From Mobula hypostoma (taxonomy: Eukaryota), in contig NW_026948144.1 of assembly GCF_963921235.1 (NCBI RefSeq), positions 1-60,000 of the forward strand: 60,000 nucleotides of DNA, given 5' to 3'. A program made the translations under genes and the position numbers. The notes under the pieces were generated by a model, which saw nothing but the letters and a program-made list of their open reading frames with translations, was not told the origin of the DNA and did not search any database. Numbering within the stretch: position 1 is the stretch's first letter; each line of letters opens with the position of its first letter. This document shows positions 53,713 to 60,000 of this stretch, piece after piece.

Positions 53713-56700
53713 AGAAATCAACTTTTTTGTCTTACACTGCAGTGACATGAAACAACTTTCAGACATCTCAGAATCATGTGGGAAGTTAACCTAAAGTGTT
53801 TCCATTAGATTTGCTGTCAGTACTTTGGTGTAAAATTGAAATGTATACTACTTGTATTGTCAAAGCATTGTATGCACTGAGAAAACAAAATTTTTTGTCT
53901 TACACTGCACAGGCATGAAACAGCTTTTAGACATCTCAGAATCATGTGGGAAGTTAACCTAAGGTGTTTCCAGTAGTTTGCAGTAAGTACTTTCCTGTAA
54001 AATTGAAATGTATACTACTTGTATTGTCAAAGCATTGTATGCACTGAGAAATCAACTTTTTTGTCTTACACTGCACAGGCATGAAACAGCTTTCAGACAT
54101 CTCAGAATCATGTGGGAAGTTAACCTAAGGTGTTTCCATTAGCTTTGCAGTAAGTACTTTGCTGTAAAATTGAAATGTATACTACTTGTATTGTCAAAGC
54201 ATTGTATGCACTGAGAAATCAACTTTTTTGTCTTACACTGCACAGGCATGAAACAGCTTTCAGACATCTCAGAATCATGTGGGAAGTTAACCTAAGGTGT
54301 TTCCATTAGCTTTGCAGTAAGTACTTTGCTGTGAAATTGAAATGTATACTACTTGTATTGTCAAAGCATTGTATGCACTGAGAAATCAACTTTTTTGTCT
54401 TACACTGCAGTGGCATGAAACAACTTTCAGACATCTCAGAATCATGTGGGAAGTTAACCTAAGGTGTTTCCATTAGGTTTGCTGTAAGTACTTTGGTGTA
54501 AAATTGAAATGTATACCACTGGTATTGTCAAAGCATTGTATGTACTGAGAGAACAACTTTTTTGTCTTACACTGCACAGGCATGAAACAGCTTTCAGACA
54601 TCTTAGAATCATGTGGGAAGTTAACCTAAGGTGTTTCCATTAGCTTTGCAGTAAGTACTTTGCTGTGAAATTGAAATGTATACTACTTGTATTGTCAAAG
54701 CATTGTATGCACTGAGAAATCAACTTTTTTGTCTTACACTGCACAGGCATGAAACAACTTTCAGACATCTCAGAATCATGTGGGAAGTTAACCGAAAGTG
54801 TTTCCATTAGATTTGCAGTCAGTACTTTGGTGTAAAATTGAAATGTATACTACTTGTATTGTCAAAGCATTGTATGCACTGAGAAAACAACTTTTTTGTC
54901 TTACACTGCACAGGCATGAAACAGCTTTCAGACATCTCAGAATCATGTGGGAAGTTAACCTAAGGTGTTTCCATTAGCTTTGCAGTAAGTACTTTGCTGT
55001 GAAATTGAAATGTATACTACTTGTATTGTCAAAGCATTGTATGCACTGAGAAATCAACTTTTTTGTCTTACACTGCAGTGACATGAAACAACTTTCAGAC
55101 ATCTCAGAATCATGTGGGAAGTTAACCTAAGGTGTGTCCATTAGGTTTGCTGCAAGTACTTTGGTGTAAAATTGAAATGTATACTACTTGTATTGTCAAA
55201 GCATTGTATGCACTGAGAAATCAACTTTTTTGTCTTACACTGCACAGGCATGAAACAGCTTTCAGACACTTCAGAATCATGTGGGAAGTAAACCTAAGGT
55301 GTTTCCATTAGCTTTGCAGTCAGTACTTTGGTGTAAAATTGAAATGTATACTACTGGTATTGTCAAAGCATTGTATGCACTGAGAAAACAACTTTTTTGT
55401 CTTACACTGCACAGGCATGAAACAGCTTTCAGACATCTCAGAATCATGTGGGAAGTTAACCTAAGGTGTTTCCATTAGCTTTGCAGTAAGTACTTTGCTG
55501 TGAAATTGAAATGTATACTACTTGTATTGTCAAAGCATTGTATGCACTGAGAAATCAACTTTTTTGTCTTACACTGCACAGGCATGAAACAGCTTTCAGA
55601 CATCTCAGAATCATGTGGGAAGTTAACCTAAGGTGTTTCCATTAGCTTTGCAGTAAGTACTTTGCTGTGAAATTGAAATGTATACTACTTGTATTGTCAA
55701 AGCATTGTATGCACTGAGAAATCAACTTTTTTGTCTTACACTGCACAGGCATGAAACAGCTTTCAGACATCTCAGAATCATGTGGGAAGTTAACCTAAGG
55801 TGTTTCCATTAGCTTTGCAGTAAGTACTTTGCTGTGAAATTGAAATGTATACTACTTGTATTGTCAAAGCATTGTATGCACTGAGAAATCAACTTTTTTG
55901 TCTTACACTGCAGTGACATGAAACAACTTTCAGACATCTCAGAATCATGTGGGAAGTTAACCTAAAGTGTTTCCATTAGATTTGCAGTCAGTACTTTGGT
56001 GTAAAATTGAAATGTATACTACTGGTATTGTCAAAGCATTGTATGCACTGAGAAAACAACTTTTTTGTCTTACACTGCACAGGCATGAAACAGCTTTCAG
56101 ACACTTCAGAATCATGTGGGAAGTAAACCTAAGGTGTTTCCATTAGCTTTGCAGTCAGTACTTTGGTGTAAAATTGAAATGTATACTACTTGTATTGTCA
56201 AAGCATTGTATGCACTGAGAAATCAACTTTTTTGTCTTACACTGCACAGGATATGAAACAGCTTTCAGACATCTCAGAATCATGTGGGAATTTATTCTAA
56301 GGTGTTTCTATTAGCTTTGCAGTAAGTACTTTGCTGTGAAATTGAAATGTATACTACTTGTATTGTCAAAGCATTGTATGCACTGAGAAATCAACTTTTT
56401 TGTCTTACACTGCACAGTCATGAAACAGCTTTCAGACATCTCAGAATCATGTGGGAAGTTAACCTAAGGTGTTTCCATTAGCTTTGCAGTAAGTACTTTG
56501 CTGTGAAATTGAAATGTATACTACTTGTATTGTCAAAGCATTGTATGCACTGAGAAATCAACTTTTTTGTCTTACACTGCAGTGACATGAAACAACTTTC
56601 AGACATCTCAGAATCATGTGGGAAGTTAACCTAAGGTGTTTACATTAGGTTTGCAGTCAGTACTTTGGTGTAAAATTGAAATGTATACTACTTGTATTGT

Positions 56701-59700
56701 CAAAGCATTGTATGCACTGAGAAAACAACTTTTTTGTCTTACACTGCAGTGACATGAAACAGCTTTCAGACATCTCAGAATCATGTGGGAAGTTAACCTA
56801 AGGTGTTTCCATTAGCTTTGCAGTAAGTACTTTGCTGTGAAATTGAAATGTATACTACTTGTATTGTCAAAGCATTGTATGCACTGAGAAATCAACTTTT
56901 TTGTCTTACACTGCACAGGCATGAAACAGCTTTCAGACATCTCAGAATCATGTGGGAAGTTAACCTAAGGTGTTTCCATTAGCTTTGCAGTAAGTACTTT
57001 GCTGTTAAATTGAAATGTATACTACTTGTATTGTCAAAGCATTGTATGCACTGAGAAATCAACTTTTTTGTCTTACACTGCACAGGCATGAAACAGCTTT
57101 CAGACATCTCAGAATCATGTGGGAAGTTAACCTAAGGTGTTTCCATTAGCTTTGCAGTAAGTACTTTGCTGTGAAATTGAAATGTATACTACTTGTATTG
57201 TCAAAGCATTGTATGCACTGAGAAATCAACTTTTTTGTCTTACACTGCAGGCATGAAACAACTTTCAGACATCTCAGAATCATGTGGGAAGTTAACCTAA
57301 GGTGTTTACATTAGGTTTGCAGTCAGTACTTTGGTGTAAAATTGAAATGTATACTACTTGTATTGTCAAAGCATTGTATGCACTGAGAAAACAACTTTTT
57401 TGTCTTACACTGCACAGGCATGAAACAGCTTTTCAGACATCTCAGAATCATGTGGGAAGTTAACCTAAGGTGTTTCCATTAGCTTTGCAGTAAGTACTTT
57501 GCTGTCAAATTGAAATGTATACTACTTGTATTGTCAAAGCATTGTATGCACTGAGAAATCAACTTTTTTGTCTTACACTGCAGTGACATGAAACAGCTTT
57601 CAGACATCTCAGAATCATGTGGGAAGTTAACCTAAGGTGTTTCCATTAGCTTTGCAGTCAGTACTTTGCTGTCAAATTGAAATGTATACTACTTGTATTG
57701 TCAAAGCATTGTATGCACTGAGAAATCAACTTTTTTGTCTTACACTGCACAGGCATGTATACAGCTTTCAGACATCTCAGAATCATGTGGGAAGTTAACC
57801 TAAGGTGTTTCCATTAGCTTTGCAGTAAGTACTTTGCTGTAAAATTGAAATGTATACTACTTGTATTGTCAAAGCATTGTATGCACTGAGAAATCAACTT
57901 TTTTGTCTTACACTGCACAGGCATGAAACAGCTTTCAGACATCTCAGAATCATGTGGGAAGTTAACCTAAGGTGTTTCCATTAGCTTTGCAGTAAGCACT
58001 TTGCTGTGAAATTGAAATGTATACTACTTGTATTGTCAAAGCATTGTATGCACTGAGAAATCAACTTTTTTGTCTTACACTGCACAGGCATGAGACAGCT
58101 TTCAGACATCTCAGAATCATGTGGGAAGTTAACCTAAGGTGTTTCCATTAGCTTTGCAGTCAGTACTTTGGTGTAAAATTGAAATGTATACTACTTGTAT
58201 TGTCAAAGCATTGTATGCACTGAGAAAACAACTTTTTTGTCTTACACTGCACAGGCATGAAACAGCTTTCAGACATCTCAGAATCATGTGGGAAGTTAAC
58301 CTAAGGTGTTTCCATTAGCTTTGCAGTAAGTACTTTGCTGTAAAATTGAAATGTATACTACTTGTATTGTCAAAGCATTGTATGCACTGAGAAATCAACT
58401 TTTTTGTCTTACACTGCACAGGCATGAAACAGCTTTCAGACATCTCAGAATCATGTGGGAAGTTAACCTAAGGTGTTTCCATTAGCTTTGCAGTAAGTAC
58501 TTTGCTGTAAAATTGAAATGTATACTACTTGTATTGTCAAAGCATTGTATGCACTGAGAAATCAACTTTTTTGTCTTACACTGCAGTGCATGAAACAGCT
58601 TTCAGACATCTCAGAATCATGTGGGAAGTTAACCTAAGGTGTTTCCATTAGCTTTGCAGTAAGTACTTTGCTGTAAAATTGAAATGTATACTACTTGTAT
58701 TGTCAAAGCATTGTATGCACTGAGAAATCAACTTTTTTGTCTTACACTGACAGGCATGAAACAGCTTTCAGACATCTCAGAATCATGTGGGAAGTTAACC
58801 TAAGGTGTTTCCATTAGCTTTGCAGTCAGTACTTTGGTGTAAAATTGAAATGTATACTACTTGTATTGTCAAAGCATTGTATGCACTGAGAAACAACTTT
58901 TTTGTCTTACACTGCACAGGCATGAAACAGCTTTCAGACATCTCAGAATCATGTGGGAAGTTAACCTAAGGTGTTTCCATTAGCTTTGCAGTAAGTACTT
59001 TGCTGTAAAATTGAAATGTATACTACTTGTATTGTCAAAGCATTGTATGCACTGAGAAATCAACTTTTTTGTCTTACACTGCAGTGACATGAAACAGCTT
59101 TCAGACATCTCAGAATCATGTGGGAAGTTAACCTAAGGTGTTTCCATTAGGTTTGCAGTCAGTACTTTGGTGTAAAATTGAAATGTATACTACTTGTATT
59201 GTCAAAGCATTGTATGCACTGAGAAAACAACTTTTTTGTCTTACACTGCACAGGCATGAAACAGCTTTCAGACATCTCAGAATCATGTGGGAAGTTAACC
59301 TAGGGTGTTTCCATTAGCTTTGCAGTAAGTACTTTGCTGTGAAATTGAAATGTATACTACTTGTATTGTCAAAGCATTGTATGCACTGAGAAATCAACTT
59401 TTTTGTCTTACACTGCACAGTCATGAAACAGCTTTCAGACATCTCAGAATCATGTGGGAAGTTAACCTAAGGTGTTTACATTAGGTTTGCAGTCAGTACT
59501 TTGGTGTAAAATTGAAATGTATACTACTTGTATTGTCAAAGCATTGTATGCACTGAGAAATCAACTTTTTTGTCTTACACTGCACAGGCATGAAACAGCT
59601 TTCAGACATCTCAGAATCATGTGGGAAGTTAACCTAAGGTGTTTCCATTAGCTTTGCAGTAAGTACTTTGCTGTGAAATTGAAATGTATACTACTTGTAT

Positions 59701-60000
59701 TGTCAAAGCATTGTATGCACTGAGAAAACAACTTTTTTGTCTTACACTGCACAGGCATGAAACAGCTTTCAGACATCTCAGAATCATGTGGGAAGTTAAC
59801 CTAAGGTGTTTCCATTAGGTTTGCAGTAAGTACTTTGCTGTAAAATTGAAATGTATACTACTTGTATTGTCAAAGCATTGTATGCACTGAGAAATCAACT
59901 TTTTTGTCTTACACTGCACAGTCATGAAACAGCTTTCAGACATCTCAGAATCATGTGGGAAGTTAACCGAAAGTGTTTCCATTAGATTTGCAGTCAGTAC

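Larger units (their letters stand above)
1..60000. repeat. Satellite DNA array: about 359 head-to-tail copies of a 167-bp AT-rich monomer, running off both window ends
   Basis: The motif cat(c/t)tcagaatcatgtgggaag recurs at 1, 168, 335, 502, 669 and so on up to 59941, a 167-bp period. ORF-track spacings of 501 bp equal 3x167. Consensus: catctcagaatcatgtgggaagttaacctaaggtgtttccattagctttgcagtaagtactttgctgtgaaattgaaatgtatactacttgtattgtcaaagcattgtatgcactgagaaatcaacttttttgtcttacactgcacaggcatgaaacagctttcaga (61/167 G+C by hand count). I saw no inversion or foreign insert. Confidence 0.99.

Noticed and set aside
1184..55478. Repeated 60-68 aa ORFs (MGSKPKVFPLALQ...) as a tandem gene family
   Set aside because: They appear only where satellite variants (gtaaac, cagtcag, cacagg) remove stops in one frame. 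Most begin at a GTG within the repeat, the 167-bp period is not a multiple of 3, and I recognise no protein motif.
1..60000. CRISPR array or repeat-spacer/cassette system
   Set aside because: There are no unique spacers. The whole 167-bp unit is repeated with only point variants, and no cas, integrase or other gene is present.
1..60000. A strict long-period higher-order repeat, or an information-bearing code in monomer order
   Set aside because: Marker haplotypes recur at irregular spacings with differing neighbours. Ordinary unequal exchange and conversion, plus possible assembly collapse, explain the pattern.

Overview
The whole 60 kb window is one uninterrupted, single-orientation, head-to-tail tandem array of a 167-bp monomer. 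It holds about 359 copies, is about 36-37% GC, and has no CpG in the consensus. This is eukaryotic satellite DNA, and the monomer size and homogeneity resemble centromeric or pericentromeric satellites. I do not recognise the family or species. I see no genes, RNA genes, mobile elements or CRISPR arrays, and the listed ORFs are by-products of the repeat. The structure lies in the variants: (1) two main monomer classes whose variants are linked across monomer junctions into loose dimer and trimer higher-order units; (2) rare multi-site haplotypes recurring kilobases apart; (3) linked substitutions that often create or perfect short inverted repeats; (4) three local duplications or insertions; (5) 1-bp deletions falling exactly on polymorphic columns, which suggests consensus or collapse artefacts in the assembly. 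The sequence does not support a novel coding system.
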